From: Phoronis australis
Taxonomy: Eukaryota > Animalia > Phoronida
Reading direction: 5' to 3'
NCBI GenBank assembly: GCA_002633005.1
Contig: NMRA01000055.1
Location: 986,282 to 1,050,281, forward strand
Length of the DNA: 64,000 nucleotides
This document shows positions 49,862-62,220 of this stretch, in pieces. The notes beneath the pieces were generated by a model. The model did no database searches. It was given only the letters and a program-made list of their open reading frames with translations, and was not told the origin of the DNA. Both the position numbers and the translations under genes were made by a program. Each line of letters begins with the position of its first letter. Position 1 is the first letter of the stretch.

Positions 49862-51166
49862 AATATCCCGTCATTTTTGGGCATCTTCTAAGCCCAAAAG
49901 TGAAGGTGTAAACTATGAATCAAATCAAACTGTACGTGCGAACGGCCACGCGAGCAGCTGAACTTGGCGATGTTGCTTTATTACTCGAAGGTTAAACATA
50001 AATATATTTGTTCCTTTTCAGTTTGGTGACAATAGTATAGGCCTATTTGAGTTTGACTCCGGAATTTCACTCGTCTGGCCGCCTAATTCTTTCGGCACCT
50101 GCTGGCCGGATTTAAGCACAAGTCTAGCGGTATAGTCCCCGGACATATTTATTATTTTTCATTTATTTCGACCTAGTGGAAATCGTTTTGTTTCGTAGCA
50201 GAGGTACATTTTTGTTATTCATATACCCGTAAGCTGACGTTCGTCCGAACTTCTCTCCTAAATTAAGAGATTCGAGGAGGGGCACTGGATTGCTGAAATC
50301 AAAGCCTTGTAAGAGCTTTTGTCACGAAAAAATAAACAATTGGATTATTTTTTGATGAGAACCTTTAGTTTACACTTCGCCTGTAAAATTAGAAAGAGCT
50401 CATTTTGAAGTTGTTCAGACATGATCTTTAGATGTATGAAGCTTTAAAAAAGAATTTGAGTTAATTTGTAAAAAACCAGACTTGTCATCGTTTGTAACCA
50501 TACCACAGCTTAGTGATCATGCTACAGTTAAAATTAACTCAAAGCTGCCTTTATGCAATGAAACTACAAAAAATGCGAAGTTCATAAGAAGGTACGTCAT
50601 TTGTCTTAATGCTGCCCTTGCGGCCAATTTGGACACAGCCCTAGACCTACCAGAGCCAACTGCTTGCCCAGAACAAGATGAGTGTGTACTTGAGCTATGA
50701 ACTTGAGTTTTTCTAAACAAAATATTTCGTTTGAAGATTAGAAAAGCGCAAACAGTGCTTTCGACTCGACCTACTTTCGGTGGAACTCCACCAGTTGTGA
50801 CCTACTTTTCATTTCGCGGAGTTTAGCAAACGGTGAATCTTCACTGATTTTGTTCGAAAGATCCTGAAATCTATGGCATCGTGCAGATAATTAATTATTA
50901 AGGTACACACCCAGTTTTACATGAGCATATCGCATCAGTAGCCTTATCATTTGTCATCCGAAGGTGAACCCCGTGTGGGGTTCATCGGATTTTTGCTGGC
51001 TCCGAAATACTTTTCCCTCGTCGCCTTTACAAAATTCCCACATCATGAACGTACGATTCTCTGCTGAAAGCATCGGTTGCTGTCCTTGTCGAAGCGTTTT
51101 CAGTTAGTACAACAACACTCATCGATTCCACCAGGGACGCCGTTTAGCGACAGTGTATTTGTCCCT
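49630..51166 (+). repeat. Dispersed repeat block A (diverged direct copy at about 60320-61990)
   Basis: Collinear shared anchors: TATCGCCAGGATTA, CGTCTGCGTTTCCAAGCCGCCATT, AGAGCTCATTTTGAAGTTGTTCA, GAAGATTAGAAAAGCG-like and TTTAGCGACAGTGTATTTGTCC. Confidence 0.75.
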
Positions 51167-51411
51167 GACATCTTGTTTGTTTGTCGGGTGTCACGTGACT
51201 TTTAGCAAAGAGGCGGAGCTTGCGATAGGTCAATACAGATGAGAAGAAAGGAGCCTTGAAGCAGGGGCGGTTTCCATTATTTATTTTTATGATTTGACCC
51301 GAAAGGCTCCGATCTCCAACGCAGCGTTGTATCAAAACTCAGTTATTTCAACATTTATTAGGATATCAAGAAGTTTTAAAATCCATCAGTAAATACACAA
51401 TAAATCCGTAG

Positions 51412-51494
51412 CATGGTCGGCGCACCATATGGGGCTGGGGGGGGGGGGGNGGGGCTATAGCCCCCCTACTTTTTCCAGTGCTGCGCCGCCCATG
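51412..51494. mobile_element. Tiny MITE with a G-run and a 5-bp target-site duplication
   Basis: TIR CATGGTCGGCGCA / TGCGCCGCCCATG flanked on both sides by CGTAG. Confidence 0.6.
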
Positions 51495-53792
51495 CGTAGT
51501 CGACAAACTCATAAGAATCCGCTCTTGTCACTTGCCGACAGATACTCTGCCATTTTAGATTTATCGCAAAGTTGGAGGTGAGGTTCTTTCAAGAACGATT
51601 TAATCACAAGCTATCTATTCGGCTAGGCTAAGTGTGTATGAAGGGGACTGGACTTGGGTAAACAATGATCACGTTACTTCAAAATAAATAAGTAAAACCG
51701 CTATACATTAATAATGTTCTGACTATTGGTGAAATAAAGAACACTAAGTTTGTATGGAAATGTCGCGTCTGACACTAAGGTTGCCATTTTCATCACAAAT
51801 GGCTCATCTTGCACGTTCCTCCTAAACAAATCAATTACTGTTTCAATGTTGCATCTTGTCAGATGGTAACAGAGAAAGTTTTTGGCTCGAATTCATAACA
51901 CTGTTTTTGTGCACCATGGAATGTAAGGCCAACTTAGAAAACCATACGTTGTGAAGATGAGGCGAAAAATCTTAAGTTCGTTCAAAGTCCAAAGACGCTT
52001 AAAGTGTGGGGAGTGTTCGAAACCAGAGCAATGCCGAAAATAAAGTGGACATCCACAGATCCTCACAAAAACTACCCATTCTTTTGGATAAGTCCGCCTC
52101 CGGACACCAGCTCAACTACATTTGCGGGTTGTTTCAGGTATTCCTGGAACAGTTTCTCAAGTCAACTGGGACATAGTTCCGCAAGCAAGTGGATTGTCCA
52201 ATCATATCGATGATCCATGCCGGGTACGGTGTACACATTCCAGGAGACGCTTCGCCAATGCTGCTTTTTGGTGGGGTCGCCAGGTCAATCAACCATTGAC
52301 AAAAATGACGGATCCCCGTTTATCAACTTAAAATCAGAACAGTTCGGTAGCAGCTCTTCGTTTACGAAAACTTCTTAATTCGTGTCTATTTTATAACAAT
52401 GAAACGATAATTACATTACTTGCAGCTCAGTTTGTTGATATTATCACAATACAAAGAGTTAGCTCACCAGAGACTTCCGACTTCGGTTTACCGGATGCAA
52501 CAATGCGCACACCAATTACTCAGTGCCACCTATACGGCAAAGTGGCCCTGTTGAAACATGATGGACGACGCACGGAATTCCATGTGTGGGCATCAGTGCG
52601 CATGCCTTGGTCAGAAGTATAGCTATCATGACCTGCCTTAATGCACTGTACTTGTTTGGGCACTGGATCGGGGTCAATTGATTTTGTTTACTTCTATTAC
52701 GGCCCGTTTTAATTACAACAATTCAAGTCAAAGGTCACGTGGTCGCCATACTACTGAGGTAACAGTAAACTGAAAGGGGTTTCCCAGATTTCAATCAATG
52801 GAATGACTGAATATTAAAACGTCGGTTTCATTACTTTAATCAATGAGAAGCCATGTTGAACAACGTTCCACATAGCCAGCCAGCTAGCTGTAGTAAGACA
52901 ATCGTCAAAATACAGCTAGGTACCACTGTGTGTTTTTCTTCCATAGACCTCGAAATTGCACACAGCCAGGGTAGTTCTGCTCGTCAACTCGCCGTGAAAA
53001 CTGTATCAAGATGTAGAGCTAAAGACCGGACGGGGAGCATGCAAAATCAGGGAACTAAACGACACTCACCTTACCCGTTACATCCCGGCGTTTAAGTGGA
53101 AAACAATCTAATCAAAGTCATTTTGTTGCGTAATCTTCCGCCTTTTCTAACAAAGAAAAGTTACGTCGTCGTATTGAAAACAGTACCCTCGTGACACGCG
53201 CACGCGCCATTTCCTATTTTTTGCGACATCTCTCGGGAGATGATGATAGCGTGGCATCAGGAAAATTAATTCTGAAATTTTTGGTATTAAAATTAAAAAA
53301 AACTTTTAATGAAGTGAAACCAGTTCCGATAATTTGTTGTGACGTGTACGCAACCTCGTGAAAGAACAACTGTTGATTGAAGAATCGACGAAAAAAGAAA
53401 CTGGCCAATAGGTGACGCAATATTTCATGGCGCCGAAAGCCGTCGCTAAAGATCGCTCCACAATTTTAGCAGCAGAATAACGGTAGAACATCATTTTTCC
53501 AACACCGTTAAATAATCTAGTTTACTCAAGGAAGACTGCAGTTTTAATGACACAAATTTTATGTCAGATTTTACTACCACTTTTTTATCCACATCGGCGC
53601 AAAGCTATATATTTCGTATACAGCTTTGTACCAAGGCTACAGTGCTATCTTTCGTATAGCACTGTGAAAGTGTGTAACACCAACTTTACTTCATGGTTAA
53701 AAATGGCCAGCTGACAGCCACTGAAAACCATCGTTGTGTTGTGATGTACCGAAGCCTTTACACGCTATCAGTGACGTCAGAGTGTGAGCAAC

Positions 53793-53893
53793 CGGGCGTG
53801 CGTTCAGTAAACCTAGGACCTACGTTAGGACCTAGCTAAAATCTACCCCACGTAATCTCAAGAAGTGAGGTCCTGGCGTTACTGAACGGGAGC
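53793..53893. mobile_element. MITE family copy, inverted and internally deleted
   Basis: Reverse complement of both ends of 35892-36046. Confidence 0.65.
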
Positions 53894-54255
53894 CGGGTTA
53901 GCTCGCTCGCTGGTTCCCTTGCGTGTCCGCTAGCAGGTGAAAGAGGACACTCAGGTATCATTCAACAGCGCACGTTTTATCACTGGTTGATGTAACCTCG
54001 GATGTCATTGGTTAGCTTTACAACAAAGAAAGAAAATGGGGGGCTGTGAACGATTTTTACCATTGTCAACATCCTTGCGAACAAAGTTTTATCTCTACTG
54101 CAAATATATCGTTTCTGCAGAAATGTTTAATAGCCGCGTGCTGAATCAGATGCGATGCACACTGATCTGACCCATTTAACCGGTGTATTAGTCATTCTGT
54201 GGCGAATACAGGACAACAACGTACGTAATGCACACTGACACAAAACTTTCTGATT

Positions 54256-56800
54256 AATATTTCAACGATTTGTCTAGTGTACAACAGACTGCAAACTATA
54301 TCTACATTTACACTTTCTCCATAAGTCATGCCAGTTTGTTTACGTAAAGCGCCACCTGCTGCCAAGTCGACCAGCAAATCAGAAACGCCAGTGTCGGTGA
54401 AAATGTTTCCCAAAGTAAAATAAAATGATACCGGCGGGTGCTCTTCCCCCTAGCGGACACGCAAAGAACGAGGGTTAGCTCGCAGAACTAACTAGAAAAA
54501 GTCAAGGTACCGGCCATCAAGGTAGGCTCGCGGAAATAACTCGAATAAGACAAGGTAGCGGCGGTGACTATTACCATCGAAGTAATCAGTATACTCTATT
54601 TGGTCTGCCGTTTCATCATGTGAAACTAGGACCGATAAGATTGTTCCCTAAAACACGAACCGGGAATACAAAGGTGGCGCTGCAAGCGGCTGTTACAGTT
54701 CGTAATCACTTAGAAGGGCGCGGTACGATAACTATGGCCAAACTTTAAAGAAATAAAACCTGCTGTGTTTTGTTGATTTAATAACGCCGATTCCTGGCGT
54801 TAGCTTCCTGCAATTTGGTACAATATGAAATTAGGGACACTGACCTTTTGAGTTACTTGTCATGGCTCTACTGGTAAAGAATCGGACTGCTAAGGCTATA
54901 GTTTCGGGTCTATGGAGGGGGTGTTGGGAGGTTGGGGTTGAGAAGCGAGGGATCACTGCCTTACTCCGTTCGACGGTGTCACCACTTCCGGCTTGCTCTT
55001 CCGATTTGATTAACTGATATTTTTATTAATTTCACTTTCATGATAAAACGTGAACATGCCAATTTGACAAAAAGCCTTTAGGTAACATTCCCAAAATATA
55101 AAAAGAAATCTGCTTGCACAGTTTCTCGATCGTCTAATATGAAAACTTATGGTTTTAAATGGCTGTAGGAAATTTGAAAAATTACCTGTCATCCCTCTAA
55201 CCTAAAATCACTAGTTTCGCCCTTGAAGCTTGGTATACTTACGTCACCGCGGCAAATATGTAACAAAGCAAATGTTATCAGACTCCTTGCTTTCGACAGA
55301 CGTATCCTTCATTTTGAGTCATACTAGTTCTTACGCGTTCTTGATATTTACTCGTTTCCGAACGAAAATCGAAAACTGAACGATTCAGTTAAATATTTGT
55401 CATGTTAAGCTGTTGTGGTAATGCATACAAGATTACTTAATGGCATGCCAGTGATATTTCATAATTAATCTTAGATGAAAATGTCCCCTTTTAGCTTTGC
55501 AGGGTTCATATATAGATTAATAAAGCACAAAAAAATTTCCAGGTGAACAGTACAATGGGCCCACAAACGCCGGCCTGCGCACGTCTGGTACAAAGTGTAC
55601 CAGAACGCCTGCAATTATTTTTTTGTATTTTTGTTTTTGCAGGCATGGAGCTTTTGCCTCATGCAAGTGGCAAAATGTTTTAATTCTTGAAACATAGCTA
55701 ATTGCCAGGGATTGGCAATGCTTGTCCAAATCAGATTATGGTAATTAAATAATATTAGGAAGAGGGTCATTACTCACTAGTTTCTGTTTTGAAAGTTCAA
55801 CGGGAAACAAAATTATAGACGTTCTCGCTTAGCTAAGGCGCTCTGCCCCAGGCTACTCCGCTTGCATCTGTATAATATTTTTAAGCAGGTCTAAGCCCCA
55901 ATGTGAAGGTTTGTGTAGTTTCATGTTATCTTGTTTTTCCATGTCGATAATGTTATATTTTTCAGGATTTCAGACTCCACAAAACAGTTTATTAAACATT
56001 AAATGTATAACCGTGGGGCTGCCTCTTTGATAACCTGAAAGCGAGAAACTGTTTTGCGGAGTTGTTCTGCAAAATTTATCTTTTAGTACGGTTCCAAACC
56101 CAAAAAATGAACCCTGTCAGAGGATTTTATTCGAAAATGGTACACTGTAAGTTTTTGCTGGGAAGCTGTCCTAGTAAACCCATCAATGTGAGCGCCACGA
56201 CCCCTTATCACTTCTGTTACCCAAAAATCTTGGGCATATTTTATTTTACACGTCGCACAGTAACCTACTGCAATAACCTTAGTTAGTTACCGACACGGTT
56301 GGGAACTTGTTTGATTGTTACATTAATTTATTTAGTTATTCTTATTTATTTGTAGACCAATATCGTAGACGAGACAACCAATACTATAACGCGAATTTGT
56401 ATTAATATAATTAATACATAACATGGCTATTTTGCCTTTGATATCAGTATTAAACGTTGTGTAAATATTCCATTTCTATTTTACGTGATTTTGATTTAAA
56501 CGTGAAGTATTTTAAAAATAAACTCAATTAGATTTCAGAGAACAACGGGCACGAAAATGCAAGTCATCCACTTGCCATTTGTCCAGGATTTTGACTGACT
56601 CGACTGAACGTGCTGTCTACTCGGGACCGTCTATCAAGATAAAAGAGCGTTGTGGCAGAGTTAGCCGATTTAGCGTGGTACTACTTTTACCCAAACAGGT
56701 AATGTGTTGGCCAGCTCAGAATCATTTATAAGGTAACCAGTTAACTCCCGAAAATACCCACATTTTGCCAATCATGCTTCGGAACATTTTAACTCAGAAA
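54256..56800 (+). repeat. Duplicated block B, copy 1 (contains an extra segment of about 350 bp at 54391-54740)
   Basis: Highly similar to 57830-60014; duplicated spurious ORFs 55517/58737 and 56062/59291. Confidence 0.9.
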
Positions 56801-57016
56801 TCAGTGGCAGATCTACGATTTCAGTAAGGGGGGGGGGTTTAGGATTCGAAAGAATCCGAGGCGCGTAGCGCCGAGGAGAAGNTGTAATTTGTGAAGATTT
56901 AACGTTGATACATTTTGACAAACGTTGCTACAAAAAAGAAACTTTGTTCAATTTTCGTGTTTTTTTGTGTTTTTGGCCAGCGACCAGTTAGGCCTAAGGG
57001 TAGTCTTGGCGCAAAG

Positions 57017-57173
57017 CTGCCTCCCGTTCAGTAACGCTAGGACCTCGCTAAAAAGCAAGACTTCGCGAGAATACGTGAGATTTCGCCGTGTATTTTGAAT
57101 AAGAACACGTGGCTTTGACTAGGTTTTAGCTAGGTCCTAGCGTAGGTCCTAGCGTCTACTGAACGCACGCCTG
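57017..57173. mobile_element. MITE family copy
   Basis: Close match to 35892-36046. Confidence 0.75.
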
Positions 57174-57829
57174 TATAGGCCTCAGTACTAACAAGCTGTA
57201 TTTTGACTATAGTCTTAATTCACTGGTTGCTGGTGACTGAGTCTAACTAAAGTCTGCCGCGACAGTGTTACACAGGACTAACCAGTCCGTAATTTCATGC
57301 AAGTATCTGAAACTACCTTTTATATATGCAGCATTTATCATTTGACCATTTTACTTCGACAAAACAGCTTGCAACCGCACGCATTTACCGTTCGCCAGTG
57401 TCTGGTCTCGATCCGCACCGGATCCGATAGGCTGCGGTCCCGAGTCTGGCAAAATAATTTCTGTCAAAATTTATTCGCCACATTTCTTCAGCAAATTCGA
57501 TAAAAATGTCTGTAGTTTGATTTTATTAAAATTAAGGCGCGCTGTCGATCATTTTATCCCCGTTTGCTGGCTGGTAACAGTACAGGGACACTGCTCGAGT
57601 TGCACTGACGGCGTTTTCTCGGCCTGGGTTCCTGAATGAATTGTACTTCCGGGTTCGCGGCAAGTTCAAAATAGCGGTGTTTCTTCGGGTGCGAATCGTG
57701 AGTGGCGCGTTCATTTAAACTGTTTTGGAGTACGGATCGTGTATTAGTTATGGGGTAGGTACTTCTTGGATCCTTATAACATCTTCTAACCATGTAATAA
57801 GGGTTAACAACGCGTGAGAAAAGGACTTA

Positions 57830-60014
57830 AATATTTCAACGATTTGTCTAGTGTACAACAGACCGCAAACTATATCTACATTTACACTTCCCACATCATG
57901 CCAGTTTGTTTACGTAAAACGCCACCTGTTGCCAAGTCGACCAGCAAATCAGAAACGCCAAACTTTAAAGAAATTAAACCTGCTGTGTTTTGTTGATTTA
58001 ATAACGCCGATTCCTGGCGTTAGCTTCCTGCAATTTGGTACAATATGAAATTAGGGACAATAACCTTATGAGTTACTTGTCATGGCTCTACTGGTAAAGA
58101 ATCGAACTGCTGAGGCTGTAGTTTCGGGTCTATGGAGGGGGTGTTGGGAGGTTGGGGTTGAGAAGCGAGGGATCACTGCCTTACTCGGTTAGACGGTGTC
58201 ACCACTTCCGGTTTGCACTTCCGATTTGATTAACTGATAAGCCTATTTTAGTTAATTTCACTTTCATGATAAAACGTGAACATGCCAATTTGACAAAAAG
58301 CCCTAAGGTAACATTCCCAAAATATAAAAACGAATCTGCTTGCACAGTTCCTCGATCGTCTAATATGAAAACTTATGGTTTTAAATGGCTATAGGAAATT
58401 TGAAAAATTACCTGTCATCCCTCTAACCTAAAATCCCTAGTTTCGCCCATGAAGCCTGGTATACTTAGGCCTACGTCACCGCGACAAATATGTAACAAAA
58501 CAAACGTTATCAGACTCCTTGCTTTCGACAGACGTATCCTTCATTTTGAGTCATACTACTTCTTACGCGTTCTTGATATTTAATCGTTCCGAAAGAAAAT
58601 CGAAAACTGAACGATTCAGTTAAATATTTGTCATGTTAAGCTGTTGTGGTAATGCATACAAGATTACTTAATGGCATGCCAATGATATTTCATAATTAAT
58701 CTTAGATGAAAATGTCCCCTTTTAGCTTTGCAGGGTTCATATATAGATTAATAAAGCACGAAAAATTTCCAGGTGAACAGTGCAATGGGCCCATAAACGC
58801 GGCCTGCGCACGTCTGGTACAAAGTGTATCAGACCGCCTGCAATTATTTTTTTGTATTTTTGTTTTTGCAGGCATGAAGCTTTTGCCTCAAGCAAGTGGC
58901 AAAATGTTTTAATTCTCGAAACATAGCTAATTGCCAGGGATTGGCAATGCTTGTCCAAATCAGATTATGGTAATTAAATAACATTAGGAAGAGGGTCATT
59001 ACTCACTAGTTTCTGTTTTGAAAGTTCAACGGGAAACGAAATTATAGACGTTCTCGCTTAGCTAAGGCGCTCTGCCCCAGGCTACTCCGCTTGCATCTGT
59101 ATAATATTTTTAAGCAGGTCTAAGCCCCAATGTGAAGGTTTGTGTAGTTTCATGTTATCTTGTTTTTCCATGTCGATAATATTATATTTTTCAGGATTTC
59201 AGACTCCACAAAACAGTTTATTAAACATTAAATGTATAACCGTGGGGCTGCCTCTTTGATAACCTGAAAGCGAGAAACTCTTTTGCGGAGTTGTTCTGCA
59301 AAATTTATCTTTTAGTACGGTTCCAAACCCAAAAAGTGAACCCTGTCAGAGGATTTTATTCGAAAATGGTACACTGTAAGTTTTTGCTGGGAAGCTGTCC
59401 TAGTAAACCCATCAATGTGAGCGCCACGACCCCTTATCACTTCTGTTACCCAAAAATCTTGGGCATATTTTATTTTACACGTCGCACAGTAACCTACTGC
59501 AATAACCTTAGTTAGTTACCCACACGGTTGGGAACTTGTTTGATTGTTACATTAATTTATTTAGTTATTCTTATTTATTTGTAGACCAATATCGTAGACG
59601 AGACAACCACTACTATAACGCGAATTTGTATTAATATAATAAATACATAACATGGCTATTTTGCCTTTGATATCAGTATTAAACGTTGTTATAATTTTGT
59701 AAATATTCCATTTCTATTTTACGTGATTTTGATTTAAACGTGAAGTATTTTAAAAATAAACTCAAGTAGATTTCAGAGAACAACGGGCACGAAAATGCAA
59801 ATCATCCACTTGCCATTTGTCCAGGATTTTGACTGATTCGACTGAACGTTTCTGTCTACTCGGGACGGTCTATCAAGATAAAAGAGCGTTGTGGCAGAGT
59901 TAGCCGACTTAGCGTGGTACTACTTTTACCCAAACAGGTAATGTGGTAACTAGTTAACTCCCGAAAATACCCACATTTTGCCAATCATGCTTCGGAACAT
60001 TTTAACTCAGAAAT
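57830..60014 (+). repeat. Duplicated block B, copy 2
   Basis: Direct, high-identity copy of 54256-56800 with scattered SNPs and indels. Confidence 0.9.
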
Positions 60015-60319
60015 GGCCAATCGGATCCAAATGAAGTTTTCAGACAATATGTCATTGCATGTATTGAATGGATGCTAGACAGTGAGACCACCTCGTGAGA
60101 CCGAAAACTCCTCTGAGTTCATTTTGCTGCAGCATTGTGAGCCGAGCTAATTTTCACTCGAGGCGCGTAGCTCTTCGTCTGCACCCCCCCCCCTCGAAAC
60201 ACCACAGTGGCATTACAAAAACACTGGTGGAAAACCGGACACTCACTTGACTTGAAAGCCCGTACACGACTTTTGTATTTATCGCGTGACATAAAGCGGT
60301 TTTGCTGATTCTGTGATTG

Positions 60320-61990
60320 GCTAATTGACCTATCGCCAGGATTATGACGGGCGGCTTAATTGACCAATCAGAACAAAGAATTCTTGGCACACCTTCGTCT
60401 GCGTTTCCAAGCCGCCATTATACCCGACAAACCACACGTACAGTAGTCGAGTAAAACTTACTTTGGTCTATAGTTCAAGAAATTGTCCGCTAAGAATGGG
60501 GAAACGGTGTTGATATGGCGTGTGTAGCAACGAAAGCCGTTATGCTGCTCCAGAATAATATCCCGTCATTTTTTGGCATGTCCTAAGCCGAAAAATGATG
60601 TTGAAAAGCATAAACTATGGATCAAACTGTACGGCCACACGAGCAGCTGAACTTAGCGATGTTGCTTGATAANNNNNNNNNNNNNNNNNNNNNNNNNNNN
60701 NNNNNNNNNNNNNNNNNNNNNNNNNNNNNNNNNNNNNNNNNNNNNNNNNNNNNNNNNNNNNNNNNNNNNNNNNNNNNNNNNNNNNNNNNNNNNNNNNNNN
60801 NNNNNNNNNNNNNNNNNNNNNNNNNNNNNNNNNNNNNNNNNNNNNNNNNNNNNNNNNNNNNNNNNNNNNNNNNNNNNNNNNNNNNNNNNNNNNNNNNNNN
60901 NNNNNNNNNNNNNNNNNNNNNNNAACTCAAAGCCTTGGTCGAGCTGTTGTCGCTAAAAATAAACTGTTGAATTACTTTTTGACGTGTACCTCTAGTATAC
61001 ACTATGTCTGTAGAGTTAGACAGAGCTCATTTTGAAGTTGTTCAAACATGATATGTAGATTTATGAAGCTTTAAAAAAGAATTTGAGTTATTTTTGTAAA
61101 TACCCTATTTTTGCAACTACCACACCAGACTTGTAATCTTTTGTTACCATACCACGACTTAGTGATCATGCTACCTTCAAAATTAAATGAAAGCTACCTT
61201 TATAGAATGAAACTACAAAAAATGCCAAGTTCGTAAGAAGGTAGGCCTAATTTAAACGGTCCCCAGCCCCCCCCCGGCAAGCAAAGTGAAACAGCAAGAG
61301 CGTGAAGCGTGAGGAAATATTGAGTTCAGTAACTAGGACCGGTAGCGGAAGAGGGGGACTCAGACCCCAGATCGCGGCGGAATCGTGTTCCTGTTTTTTC
61401 TAGTCCACCGATAGATTTTCTGAACAGAAGGTCCAAAGGTCTGCATCCCCGGCCCCTGCAACTTTCGAGCCGCCGCCTGTGTACAGATATTTTTTATCAA
61501 AATATTTCGTTACAAGATTAGAAAAGCGTAAACAGTGCTGTCGAGTCGACCTAGTCAGAGACTATAGTTCATGTGATGTCTGTAATCTATGACCTACTTT
61601 ACTCCAGGAGTCCCACCAGTTGTGACCTACTTTTTATTTGGCGAAATTTAGAATAAAAATATCGGTGAATCTTCGCTGATTTTATTCCAAAGATCATGAA
61701 ATCTATGTAATCTTACAGATAATTCGACTTAAAGGTACATACCCAGCTTTACATGAACATATAACAGTGGCTTGTCATTTGTCAGGTGAAGGTGGCCCCA
61801 AGGCAGAGGGGATTTTCGCTGGCTCCTCGAGCCATTTTTTCATCGTCACCTTTACAAATTCCCATATCATGAACGTACGATTCTCTGTTAAAAAGCATCG
61901 CCTCTTGTCTCTGTCGAAGCGTTTTCAAATAGTGCAAAAACACTCATCGATTCCACCAGGAACGTCGTTTAGCGACAGTGTATTTGTCCT
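60320..61990 (+). repeat. Dispersed repeat block A, second copy (interrupted by an N gap and a small insertion)
   Basis: Collinear with 49630-51166. Confidence 0.7.
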
Positions 61991-61991
61991 A

Positions 61992-62220
61992 TCACATTTA
62001 AACTATGGCATTACTACCTGGGGTTTTGGCAACACTAAGAAACTTCAAACAGCCCAGAAAAGAATACTTAGGAATATATCAAATTCCAGTTATAATGCTC
62101 ACTCTCTGCCCATTTGTAAGGAACTTCGCCTCCCTCTAGTTCAAGACATCTTTAAAATCTCAACTGCAAAATTTTACTACAAATTCCTCAATAATCAGCT
62201 TCCTAAGTATTTTTACACTA
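61992..62220 (+). mobile_element. Non-LTR retrotransposon (CR1/L2-group) ORF2 C-terminal fragment
   Basis: SHLNYGITTWG..NTKKLQTAQKRILRNISNSSYNAHSLPICKELRL....IFK.....FYYKFLNNQLPKYF matches the post-RT thumb region of CR1/L2-like LINEs. It runs into an N gap. Confidence 0.8.

Noticed and set aside
51750-52520. Possible decayed THAP/Harbinger-type transposase on the minus strand
   Set aside because: Only faint motif hints with no continuous frame; cannot be supported without a profile search.
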